Shown here in pieces: positions 1-12,900 of a DNA stretch of 64,000 bases. Each line of letters opens with the position of its first letter. Positions within the stretch are counted from its first letter, which is position 1. The position numbers were made by a program, and so were the translations under genes. Source of the DNA: Gordius albopunctatus. Its lineage: Eukaryota. The notes under the pieces were generated by a model that was not told where the DNA came from, did not search any database, and saw nothing but the letters and a program-made list of their open reading frames with translations. The stretch lies in the NCBI GenBank assembly GCA_964276515.1, contig OZ193909.1, forward strand, positions 3,720,001-3,784,000, in the 5' to 3' direction.

Positions 1-700
1 TCAAGCCTTGGAGCTTTGGAATTTGAATGTGACACCAGAGACTATTTAACCTCAAAGTACGAGACAAGATTGGGATTCTTGACTAGTATCGCGCTCCGTT
101 GATTACCTTTTATCGAGCAGCGATGATGGCCAGCATTACAACCTTAGGTCCCTCGCTTTTTATGGTTCCAGTCACGAGTGGCTTGAAGCCTACCCATGCA
201 ATCCCCTCAATCCGTGAGCCGTTAGATCCCTCTCTTGAAGGTAGGATGCGCCCTGACAGTTCTTCTCTAGTCCCCTGGCAAAATAGCCTATCCCTCAAAT
301 GGGATTTTACTTGTATTGACATATTTGCCTCTTCCCATTTTAATTACGACCCTATCGCTGCAGCAAAAGGGCGTAAAACTACAAAGTACTTTGCCCTTTT
401 GGCATCCAATATTTTTATCACTGTCGTTGCCTCGTGCTCCTGTTCTTTTGGTAAGCAGGTAATGGGGTTTTTTAAAGAAATCGGAAAACGCTCACCGAAA
501 TCTAAAATTTCTTAGTCCTTTTTACTCAGGCAACAACTAGGGATTATTATTCTACGATACAACTATAAATCCTTTGCCGACTCATGGCCCATTTCAGGAG
601 ATCATGATATAGATCTATGTATCTAACTAATAGGTCTTTATTTATTTTTGTATTTAGCTTATTTATGTAACTTTGTTTCATTAAAATAAACTTTTTAACC
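1..700 (+). mobile_element. 3' end of a degenerate CRE-clade non-LTR retrotransposon (restriction-like endonuclease region plus 3' UTR)
   Basis: ORF 99-515 contains RPDxxxLVPW...KWDFTCxD...KxxKY...FG, the RLE motif set of CRE elements. It is homologous to the 3' end of the element at 10005-10400 and is followed by an AT-rich tail with aataaa. Confidence 0.75.
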
Positions 701-2108
701 ATAAAAATCATTATATTAGTCAGATTTTGATTGCCATGATCGATATTAGTTAGTCTTAAATAGTTTTGTGATACAGTGTCAAATATAATTCTATATTATT
801 AGCCAGGTATGAAGAAGGTTATGCTCCCAAAAATTCGTTTAAATAAAAGGCATGTATTTTGTTGCCAAATTTTTTGGTAGACTCTTTTGATGAAATTTTG
901 ACTTTTGCATTCGTCTTTAATCTATCGATTCTTGCAGAATTGTTTATCAGTTATCTTTGGAGTTAATTTGTTACGAGAAATTTCGATGGAAGGCATTAAT
1001 ATGTTCACAAATCACAATAAAGTAAAGTAATGGTTAATAAATCGCTATAACTAATTTCGCCATGACTTTATTAGTTATCATGGCGTCAGGGGGTGGTAGG
1101 GAGGGGCAGCTGGCGCCCTCTAAATCCGAAAATACTTTAAAATTTCATAAAATTCTCATTTTGCCTCTCTTTAAACGTTATTGCCTCTAATGATGGTGTT
1201 AAGTAAGATATAATATTGATATGAGTTTATATCAGCAAGATTCATCCATATAATCCCATCTACAGAATAAAACTTTGGCGAACCTTTTAAGTTTGCGAGG
1301 ACAAATAGAAGTTGACAATAAAGCGCGTCGCAATATAACATGACCAAGGTGAATTCGTTTCAAATAAATATTTTAACGATTTTTTAGATACGAGTTAATT
1401 AAATAAAAGTTATTGGTAAGATTTTTTTCTCATAGATTCTTGATAACAGATCATAATAATAATAAGGTTCTAATTTTTTTTAAATAAATTATAATATTTG
1501 TATTTTATCATGATAAAATATTTTGTGTATACCAAAAAATGTCCTATTATAAAGCATACATCGATAGCAATTAATATGGAAATTTATTAGTGTAAATAAT
1601 ATAAATTACACAAAGCTATAAGGGTATATGTAAAAAATAATAAGCCATGTTATGATATTTTTTGGGCGTTAAGTTGAAGCCATTCTTTTATTGGATCGGA
1701 TGTTGACTTCTAGAAAAATAGAATAATATTTATTGGTTTCTTAATTTATTTAACTAATAGTTTTTATGATGCTCTGAGATCAACAGCGAAACTTGTATAG
1801 CTTTCAACACACCCGATCTATAGTGAAACAAGTAGATACGGTGCACTTTTGAGGAATTTGATTTGCAAAATGCTCGACTCTGGTCTATTTTTAAAATTTC
1901 GACTAAGTCTAGAGGTCGACTAAGGAGAACAGACCAAAAAACCTTTGGTTTGTTTATGTTTAATCCACTAAAACCGAAGGTCGACCAAATAAAACCCACC
2001 CGTTTTTACTACACTACGCTAAAGAGACAAATTTGACAATCGTCTTAGTTTTCCATCTCAAATGATTAGCCATTTTTTATGCTGATTTATGAGAACAGGT
2101 ATATTAGC

Positions 2109-5100
2109 TCAAGATATTCCATGCATTACATTTTGACATCGATCCCCAGCATAGCCATCTAGGCATATGCATTCGCCTTCAATGTTGCAGTCGTTACGTC
2201 CGTAGGCGTTAATGCAATTTTTCGGGCATTCTAGATTTATACAAAATTAGTATAAATACGTAAAATAATGTATATAATATTCGGTAAATCAAAAATATTT
2301 AGTTGAGCACTAAACTCATAAGAATCATATAAAATGTTCTTTTAAATTAAGATAATCTTTGAAGCATACCAGTAGCTTGTGGGAAGAATATCGAGATCAT
2401 ATTTTTAATAATGTATCAAGGTGTTTTAACACTTTTAGAGACACATTGGTATCAGTGCCAGAAACCTCGCTGTATATTAGTATTGTTATTGTATAAAAGA
2501 ATGTTACTAATTTCGTTTTTTTCTTAAATGAAAAACTTTTTTATCTGAAGTATCAATAACAAAATTTACCATTCTAAGAGCATTTGTAATTAATACAGAC
2601 TTAGAATGGAAGACGTTGAATCTAGCGGAAGCATCCCAACAACATTACGTAAAAAGCTCATTTTTTTGGAATAATCTAAAAAGTTATTTCCATATGTTAA
2701 TAGATTTATAAGGTTCCCCTAGAAATAATTTAAAGACTTTTAAACTTATAGGTCAATCAGAAATGGTTGAAAACGCATGTTATTGTCACTTTAATTAAGC
2801 TGTGGCGATTTCGATGTATCCAACTGCAGTTAAACTGGTATTTTTATTGGCATGTACCAAATTGTTTTTTTTACGAAAAATATATAGATTTTTCCAGATT
2901 TATCAAACATATATAAAGGGATTACAGGACTCACTCCAACGTTACTCTGCTCCTCTGGATATTCCATTTATTCATTACTTTTGCGATCACATCTTATTCT
3001 ACCAACATCACATTGTTGACATAGCTTTCAACTGCACCTAGCTAGTTATCTAATCATCAAACCTGCTAAATTTTTTATCATCCTTACCAACACCCTCGCT
3101 TATATTTAATTTCGCTGTTATTTGATTTTTATCGTTGCGTGTTTTGGTTTAATAATAAAAATAAAGGATTTGACAATCTTTACAAAGCCCTAATTTGTAA
3201 AACATGTTAAACCAGACTTCATGTGTTCATCATTAATACGTATTAAAACATAATCATCACTAGTCAAATGTTTTGCCAATCTGTATTATCTAATTTTATA
3301 GCAAAACAAGCGAGCTTTATTTATTTATTTTTTATATAAATGACATTCACCAATACCTTTACTGCAATCGTCGCCATAAAACCCTGTTTTGCAATAACAA
3401 CGCTTTCTATTGCATTCGCCAGATTTGGGATCGCCTTTATGGCATTTGCATTCACCAGATTTTGAATCGCGTTCATAATGGCATTTGCATTCGGCAGATT
3501 TGGAATTGCGTTCATGGCATTCGCAATCTATTAACGATTCAAAATTATTACTCCTTGCATTTAAAATTACAGAAGATGTGCAATTTGGTAAAAAAAATTT
3601 TATATTAAATAAAAATATGGCTTTTTATTTATTGAAATTATATGAGAATAAATCTATGAAGTAGTCATTTTAAATAGGTAACTATGAGTTTAAGATGTAA
3701 AAATGGTAGAATTTAAAAATGAGGAGTAAATTGAATTATATATTTTACTACTTAAATCACAATAAAATTCTTCCCCCTAAATAAATATGCTGTAAAATTT
3801 AAATCAATGATTGAGAGGTGTACCTAGAGAACTCCTGAAATTACAACACAGAGAGTGTTAAAAAATTCATTTTTTAAATTAACTTATCACTGAAAATGAA
3901 TTTTTAAGGTAGGATGTTTTGATCATTTATTGCTTTAATCATTGAAAATTTGGTATTCAAAAATTTATTATAAAAAAATAAGTTGGTAATAGAGAGTAGT
4001 TAAGGTGGAATTTATGATGGGCTAAGTCAGATTTTACTCAAATGGGGATGCAAAGAAGATGCTCATGATTAACTGAGATGCATACTGATGATATTTTTAA
4101 ATTCTAATCCTCATTTGGCTTAATATATAATAATATGTATTAACCATGAAATGCATAGCAATTAAAAGAGGGGGGATAGGCACCCCTAGACATGTCCATA
4201 ATAATAAAATAGTTAAATAACACACGCGATATATATATAGGATAATGATTAAACATAATTTCATAACGTCAAGATGGATGAAACTTATTAAAACAAAGAC
4301 TAAATCTTATATATAAAAATTATATATATATATATATATATATACTTGAACTGCAGTTGCTTCCATATTTGCCGATTGGGCATTCGCATTTGCCTTCCCA
4401 AGAGCATTTGTTTCCATTTTTCATATGCTTACAACTACAAACTAACAAATACATTAGAGGTGAATTTAAGATATGATTATTGAATTTTTCAATTTTGATA
4501 TAATTTAATAAGGGGACCCAGACCTTTTAAGTCATTTATTCTTATCTTAAACTTTAAATCTAGAAACTACAAATTTTTCATAAAAAAATTGATGAAAAAG
4601 TCATTATATCTATTGAAGGAAATTTTGTTAAATTTCCAAACTGTAAGCTCCTAAAATGTCGGAGTTAAAATAAAAAATATTATAAACATGTGAAAATCAT
4701 TCGAAATAATAATCGATAATCACATACATCTCAACCTGATGGTTTCCAATTTTCAAATATAATCTAATTTTTAGTTTAGATTAATCTTAGAATGATTATT
4801 AGCCAGCTATATAAGATACTGTGACGGGTAATATTAACAATGTTGTTATATTATATTCGTCCCTGGTAAAATGTAATAACAAAAAACGGAATTAATCATT
4901 AAATTTGAGAATTTGATAAAGTCAGAAATTTTAGAATATATATATATATTTTTTTCTATGATTTAGTTATAGCTAAAAAAGATTTTTAAATATAAAATTG
5001 TAATAAGGTTTCATATTTTAAATAACCTTGATTACTGCCTTCTAATTTTAAGATCGACTTTCTTTAAACCTCTTTTAACTCCTTATAGCATCTAGTTGCT

Positions 5101-7855
5101 TTGTTTTAAATGGATAGGAAGTGCGATAATTTTTAATGTTAAATTTATTAATATCTTGATTAGAGTCATAAATATATCTATCTTCAATACCCAAATATAA
5201 ATCAATATAAGTTTTGAAATATTAACAGTGACTTGAATTTCTTACGTAAGTTATATATAAATTTTTAACTCACTTATAAATAATGTCATTTAATTATTAT
5301 TTGCAATATTCTTCTTAAAACACCGCAAAAGTAAGATTTTGATATCACTTATAGTTCAATAGTTTCTATTTAAAACTCAAATAACTCATTATGAACGAGT
5401 TGCACCAATTTCTATGGTGTTGTGACCTTTGTACACCTTCACAGTTATCACGAACAAGCCAAATTTATCTCAAAATTTTATGAAACAAATTAACGACTTT
5501 ATTAACCCTCGAGAGCACTCCTGAAAATCACGAACGCGAGAGCATTCGTGGGGTATATTTGACCCCATTTTTTAACTTCTTATAACTTTTTAAGTATTTT
5601 TTTAAACCTTTCAAATTTTGAAAATGTGTTTATAAAGGTCTTAAGATTGATGGTATAAATTTTGATATGAATCTAATCAACATTACAAAACTTATTAACG
5701 ATTTTCTTGACCCCCATTTTTATTTTGACTATTTTAGAGTTTTACCTCTTGACATCATATACCTTAAAATAAATCAAAATAAACGTGATTTTTTATTAAA
5801 AGAATGTCCAAAATATATTAAAAACACAAATTGTAAAAGATATCATCAAACAAAAAAAATACATACATTTTTTCCAATAGAAAAAAACTTACGTGAGAGC
5901 ATTCGTGGGGTACACAGTTTAAAAAGTAGTGGGCCAAAAGTTATGAAATTTTCCTAAAACTTAGTTCTTGGTAAAATATTAGGCTACTGAAAAGGCCAGA
6001 TTAATTCGTTTTTAAATGCATTTTATATTTGTGTTTGGACCCCACGAATGCTCTCGAGGGTTAATAGAGAATAATGTACCCGATTCACACAAACGACCAT
6101 AAAATCCATCTTTGCAAACGCAGTATCCATTATGAGTCCACAGTGTTTGACTCCGAACGCACTCTGTAATTGCCCCAAAAATACATTTCATTTTTATTTT
6201 TTCAAATCGTTGGTTTATGCCATAGTAAATAGGTTTAGAAGTTACTTACTTTCGTTGCAGAGTTGCCCAACAACGTAATCCTGACAAATGCACATTCCGA
6301 TTGGATTCACCTTTTTAGATGGACATTTACTCACTAAATAAACAATGAAGTTTGTTGCATATGAGTCTAGCTCAGAATTTTATTATTATTACTATTATAT
6401 AGAGAGCGTAGTAATAATGTCTTTCATATAGATAAATTTTAACGGTATTTTAATTAAATATGAACTAATTAATCTTAACCCCCTGCATTGAATTGGTTTT
6501 CTATTCATACATGTGTTTCCTTGATTTATACAACATAGATGATTATCAAAATGTTTTAATTGTGGCATTTAAAAGCAAGTTAAGTCAGCTGCTTTTTACT
6601 TTAAATCTCTCATCTGATTAGATGTTGATCCTATATGATATAAAAATTTAGTTTGGGTGAAGGTCATATACAAATAAATTAGGTTTTGTTGCAAAGTCCA
6701 TATTTTGGTAAATGTAAAATAAATCATCCCTGACGCATATGTACAACTTATGAAAAATATGTATCAAACTTCAACGTGCGTTAGGACGACAGTTGGAGAC
6801 TCTCAACCTTTTTAGGTTAAAATTGGATTACAAGAATGATCTGCTTTAAATCGTTTTTTATTCAATATAATTGTGGATGATAACTAGAGACATTTATAAG
6901 CCATCTGCTGTATGCTATATGCCGATGATATATTACTATGCGAAGGGACAAAGGAGAAAGTATTCTAAGAAGCCAAAAAATGGTCAAAGCGCTCAGCGGA
7001 ATATGGTTTAAAGGTCAAAAATATAAAAACGGTGTACATGGAGATAAAGGTTATAGACACCACATCATTAGATGATTATATGAAGTACCCAAAAGTAGAT
7101 AGGTTTGCATACCTTGACTCGATGCAACATTAGGAGAGAGATTACGCAACACACGTAAATGCCCGGATTCAAAAAAGATGGCTTAAATGGCGAAGTCTAT
7201 CACGTGTAATGTGCGACAAGAAAATTCCACTATGGTTGAAGAACAAAGCTTACAAATCCATCGTAAGATTGGGGTTACTTTACAGAGGCACTATACGTCA
7301 CGGAAGAAAAGTTGGTGCAGGCCATGGAGAAGAGAGTCATATGGTGGAGCCTTGGGTATACTAAGCTCGACCATATGTTTCTCAGGACGAAAATGGATAT
7401 TCAACTTATGACGGACTTAACGAAAAAAGATGGGCACATACTAAGAAGGAAGACGAGTGATGTATTCGAAAAGTACTGTATATGGGGGTATCGTGGAAAG
7501 GAGGAGGAGGACGCTCTTGTCTCATTGCAAGGACAAGTGGACAAAGTTATGAATAATAAGAATATTAACCAAGACATGGCCCTTACCAATTCAAGATAAA
7601 AGAAAACTGTCAAAACAAACCCGACGACAGTGAGATCAAATACTTGATAAAGAAGAAGAAAATTTTCTTAATTCTAAATTAATTTTTTGATAGCCAAATC
7701 ATAAATAACATAACTGATAAATTGGAAATGAATATATTATGTGTCATAATTATTATAACCGTTTTGGCAATAGCCTCCGGAATAGTTATCATGGCATATG
7801 CACCAACCATAAAAATCACATTCACCAAATGAGCCTTTCAAGTTACACGAACAAT
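2109..7855 (-). CDS. EGF-like (laminin/tenascin-type) Cys-rich repeat protein, 3' part. Exons 7855-7760, 6333-6250, 6163-6080, 4441-4346, 3527-3357, 2230-2109 (stop TGA).
   Basis: Six exons joined by GT-AG phase-1 introns splice in frame: CSCNLKGSFGECDFYGWCICHDNYSGGYCQN / VSKCPSKKVNPIGMCICQDYVVGQLCNE / KCVRSQTLWTHNGYCVCKDGFYGRLCES / VCSCKHMKNGNKCSWEGKCECPIGKYGSNCSS / NCECHERN...RCYCKTGFYGDDCSK / ECPKNCINAYGRNDCNIEGECICLDGYAGDRCQNVMHGIS*. Each module ends in a CxCxxx(Y/F)xGxxC-like motif. Upstream exons were not identified. Confidence 0.8.
4321..4344. repeat. (TA)12 microsatellite abutting the splice donor of the EGF exon 4441-4346
   Basis: Direct reading of the sequence. Confidence 0.9.
5506..6060. 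mobile_element. piggyBac-type non-autonomous element (MITE), 555 bp
   Basis: TTAA at 5502-5505 and 6061-6064. Termini CCCTCGAGAGCA(C/T)TC...GAATGCTCTCGAGGG. Subterminal repeats gagagcattcgtggggta near 5538 and 5895. No transposase. Confidence 0.85.
6730..7660 (+). mobile_element. 5'-truncated, decayed RTE-clade LINE fragment
   Basis: Remnants of MLYADDI, RIQKRWLKWR and WSLGYTKLDH, similar to the RTE at 24113-27129. Ends in a gataaagaagaagaa tail. Confidence 0.8.
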
Positions 7856-8644
7856 CTATTAATAAGCATGTGAAATATGCGTAAACAAAAGAATATATGT
7901 TTTTATAAATGTGTTTTATTGAAAGTATTTAACATTTTTTAACTGTCTATTTTATCAAAGTTATTATTAACGTTAAATTTTAGTTAATTTATATAGTATT
8001 AAGATTATGAGGCATTATTTAGTGGAACTAGATTTGTAGTTTTAGGCTGTGAAGTGGGCTAATTTTCGAAACGTTTTAATATTATTTACTAACTAATGAA
8101 AGCCTTTTACTACTTCTAAATTTTTTAATTCAAAAAAGTTTATTTTAATCCTTTCTGATTTGTTTAAAAAGAATTGATTGTTTGATTCTGTTCTACAAAC
8201 CTTAACCAACGAATATAGTTTAAATATCCAAATGAAAAACGATATTTGATTTTTCATATTGAGTTAGGTTCTAATCGAAATGTTATGACTTTTTTTAAAC
8301 TTTTTCATTGATACTTTTAAAGGTGTTATTTTACTTTGTGAGCAATCAATTCCATAACTTCCTATAGGACACGCATTGAAATTGTCATTAAATTCTTCGT
8401 ACGTTAGCGCAAAGTTGACTTTATATAGAACTAAATTTTAAAAAATTTTGGAATTTTAACAAAATATCAAAATATTGAATAGGTAATTTTTAATAATTTC
8501 CAATGATTTAAATCGATATAATTATATTTAATATAAGTCAAATATATATTAAAGCTTACTCCTTAATATGAATAATGAATATTTATGCATAAAATTTTGC
8601 ATTATGACTTTAATTTGTATAATTTTCAAATAATATCTCAACGA

Positions 8645-9054
8645 ATTAATTGTTATTATATATATTTATACTTCAGCTCGTTTTACTCAACTAATTAATT
8701 GTTACTATTAATATTTGTACTTTAGCTCGTTTTACTCAACTAATTAATTGTTATTATTAATATTTGTACTTTAGCTCGTTTTACTCAACTAATAAATTGT
8801 TATTATTAATATTTGTACTTCAGCTCGTTTTACTCAACTAATTAATTGTTATTATTAATATTTGTACTTTATCTCGTTTTACTCAACTAATTAATTATTA
8901 TTATTAATATTTGTACTTTAGCTCGTTTTACTCAAGTAATTAATTTTTATTATTAATATTTGTATTTCAGCTCGTTTTACTCAACTAATTAATTGTTATT
9001 ATTAATATTTGTACTTCAGCTCGTTTTACTCAACTAATTAATTGTTATTATTAA
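8645..9054. repeat. 49-bp minisatellite, about 8 copies
   Basis: The unit tttgtactt(t/c)agctcgttttactcaactaattaattgttattattaata recurs at 8714, 8763, 8812, 8861, 8910 and onward. Confidence 0.95.
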
Positions 9055-9909
9055 AAGAAGGGACTTGAATTATACTGATTGAAAAAGCATTTAATTTAAA
9101 GTTTTAATTAAAATGTTGATTTGAAATAAAAAGCAGTTTAATTTATTAAGGCTTATTAATTTGAACTTTAACAAGTTATTATTAACCAAGTTAGCTATTA
9201 AATAAAAATATATAAGTGCGTTAGATGAAGGAATATGTAAGAATCTAGAAGAGTCAAATTAAGTTATAATTAATAAGATGTTAATGGAAAGGTGTATTTG
9301 AGTTACTTTATTAATTAATTCTTCTTTCTATGACTGCTTGTCACCTAGGCTGGTGGTCAGTCCTTTCAGCATTCGTTTCCATTTGCTTCTATGTTTACAT
9401 AGATCTTTCTTTATCTTGTGGACTTTCATATCATGCCGTATTTTATGAATCCAGGTTAGCTTGGGTCTTCCTCTTCTTCGTTTTTCTGTGTAATTTACAA
9501 TCTCGATTTTCTTTCCTACGTAGCTATCGTCTCTTCTTTCTACATGGCCATACCATCTTAGTCTATTTGTTAGGAGCTTTGTCACAATTGATGTAGTACC
9601 CAAAATTCTTCTTATTTCTTCATTTCGCCTATGGTCCTTTTTTCTTACTCCTAGCACCCATCTTAGCATTCTCATCTCCATGGCTGCAAGACGTTGCTCT
9701 TCTCTTTTACGTATAGCCAATGATTCCGAGCTATACAGGACTGTTGGCTGTATGATGGATTTATACAGTGCGCCTTTTAGTTATCTCGGGATGTTTTTGT
9801 CACACAGAACACCTGTCAGCTCCCTCCACTTGTGCCATCCGGAATTTATCCTTGCTTGGATTTCTTTATCCATTTCACCATCCGATTGAAGTTTTGATCC
9901 TAAATATTT

Positions 9910-12900
9910 TTTTAATTGACATGCTTTATTAAATAAAAAGTATTAAATATTGAGTGGAATTAATAAAAAGATACAGGAACGAAAACATTTATATAAAAAA
10001 ATGATTAAAACTCAATATCCGTTTCTTCATCTTTGATAATGGGCATTGAATCCATCAAAGAATAAAAATTAGATTTAGCGATCGCGATGGCAATTGATTG
10101 TCGTAGTAAAAAACTATTCGATATTTTACAAGGGGGCGAGCGTTTATTGAGTTCTTTAAAAAAATTAATGCGCTCTTCCCAAATTTCCCTGAGCACGATG
10201 AGACGATAGGAATAAAAATCGAGGTTTGGGATAAAGCTGAATATTTTAAGGATTTCCGATGCTCTGCCGATCCAAGGGGGTCGTGAGTATCGTTGGAGGA
10301 AGCAAATAGGTCATACAGGTGTAGTCCCATTTTAGGAAAAGGCCTTTGTCTCATGGGATAAGTGACGAACCGTCCGGACGCATCCGCTCTTCGAGAGAGG
10401 GATCTTAAAGTTCAAGGATCGAAGGAACATTTGAAGCAGTGTATTTATTTTTTGGTGCCTACCATACCGGCTTTTGTTAAATTTACAATGCAGAGGGTGA
10501 CGTGCTTCCTCATCTACAAGTGAATTACAAAGCCGGCAGGGGTATGAGGACGTGTATTTACAGCCCAAGCGGAGGGCTATATTGTAGGACAGGGTAGGAT
10601 TCTCCAAAAACATACCCGAAAACTTACTAGGGTAAGCTTCAAGCCATTCATGTCCGGATTGGTCGAAAGCCAATGACCTAAGGTTGCAATACTGTTTGGC
10701 ATCGCATGTCGAGAGAAGGTAAGCAACGGACCGCGACACCAAGCTTGCATCCAAATCTTTTTGAGCGTATGATTGTGGTATATTAGCTCCTACATTGACG
10801 TTCTCATTCCATAAGGATAGGGCTTGATTTATGGAGGGATTAAGTGGGAATGGGACAAGGTCGTTGATATGATGTTTAAAAGATAGAGAGGAAGAAATGA
10901 AGGCGGCTAGGGAAATCGCAGATGGTGAGCGAATACCAAGGCCACCGGATTTTGTGGGAAGTGTGGCTTGAAGCCAAGTATTGGTGTTAAAGGAAATATT
11001 TAAAATTGATTCAAGAGTGGATTTAAAAAAGTTTTCATAGTCGTGTAAAACTTCTTTAAATAAAAAAGCTTGCGTGGAGCGGAAGCAGAATAAAATTTTG
11101 CTAATGTTGTAATAATTTTTTATAATATAAAAAGAATGATGAGATGGCATAGATTTAAAAATGTCTAATTTGGTTTTTAAAGAAGAGAGATTTTTGTCTA
11201 AAAAATTTTTAAGGCACTGGGGTCCCCCGATAGGTGCGCCTAAAACATACAAATTGTCTTTTTTAATTTTGGCAAAGTCAAAAAAATTTGGGTGAATATT
11301 ATCCAAGTCAGAATATATTTCACTTTTAGAGGCGTTTAAACATAAGTTTAGAGTTGGGAAAAAAGCATGTATTACATCTAGTGCTTGGGCTAGGTTGTCA
11401 GGGGTTCCAACAAGAGTGGCGTCATCAAGATACCAGACATTAAGAGTAAGTTTACAGTGTTTGTTAATTTCGTTAATTAGGTGATTTATGGCCAAGCAGA
11501 ATAAAGGGGGGCCTAGAGGATCGCCTTGTTGGATCCCTTCTGCGGATTCGAGGAAGAATTCTCCAAATTTCAAAATCGAAGGGCATCCATAACTTAAAAT
11601 GATGTAGTTGGTGTAGTGGGGAAACAGTTTGATAAATTCATTAATGAAAGCAGTGCGGCGAATGCTGTTGAAAGCATTTTTAAAATCCAATTTTAGAAAG
11701 GAGTCACCCGGTGGGAGGTGTTCCAGGGCTAAGCGTGCGGCATGGGTAGCTATCTCACACCCTCTTTTGACCCCAAAGCCTAGTTGATGCGGAATTAAAA
11801 TTGGGATCAATATTGGTTTGATCGCCGAGCAAATTAATTTAGAAATAATTCTTCGAAAAACACCGCAGATAGCGATAGGCCTGGCTGAATTGTCGGCCTT
11901 CCTAATAGCTAAAAGCTTAGCTCCAAAGACTATGGGCGTTATTTCTTTAGGTATACTCCCATTGACTAAAAGGTTACAAAATTCGGTGAATAAGTCTAAT
12001 AAGTTCGAGGAGTTATTATTATCAAGTGTTATAAGATCTTTTAAAAAAATTGGTTTTATGCCGTCGAGACCACTTGCAGAATCCATGGGAAAGGATAAGA
12101 TGGCATCTCGAATTTCTGGTGACTTAAAAGCAATATCTGAAGGTTGCGAGGGCGATAGGTAAGTAGACGATAGACTCTGGGGGTGTTTGAGAACTATTTC
12201 TTCGTATGATTTTTGTGAAGGACTCAAAAATGAATTGTCTTCCTCAAGAAATCTGATTGCACCTTTTATGTTGAAAGCGTGGATTTTTCTAGAGATCATA
12301 TTCGCTTTTTGTTTGGGGGTTAATATGTGGGATTCCTTTCTCTCAATGTTATATGCTGGAGGGCTGTTTTGACTGTCGAACTTTAAAACTGATTGTTTAA
12401 TATTATGAGTGATATTTGCTTCTTTGTCTTGAGGAATGGATAAAATGTAAAAAGAGAATTTAAATAGTTTCTCCCAATAGGAAAAGTTCTGAGGGAGGGA
12501 AATAATATTGTTAAGTAAGTTTATTAAAAACTGTTGCATGCACGCCCGGGCCCCCCTTGGAATTCTGGATATGGTTGGTGGGAATGTTTGAGATAAAAAG
12601 GCTGTACTCCATGTCATGTCATTTTTTTCATTCGTGGTATAGTAGGTTTGATGAGGTATTAGATTATGAATATCAGTACCAGAGGGACTGAGAATAATGT
12701 TATCTTCCAATATTAAGGTTAATGGTGGACATGTAGTGTTTCGGGGAGCGAGCTTCCCCGAGGAGGGGCATTTATTGGTGACAGGGCCATGTTGTAAAAA
12801 ACAATTCTTTTTGTTTAATGAGATATTTCTATGACACAAGGGGCATAGGGCTTTTAAAAGGACCATTTAATATGTATATGAATTTTATCAGACAAAGAAA

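Noticed and set aside
3321..3515. ORF-track peptide with NAIPNLANA repeats
   Set aside because: Wrong frame. The splice-bounded Cys-rich frame of the same DNA fits the EGF gene.
8645..9054. Regular repeats resembling a CRISPR array (also 21398-22008)
   Set aside because: The units are contiguous with no unique spacers, there are no cas genes, and the context is eukaryotic.
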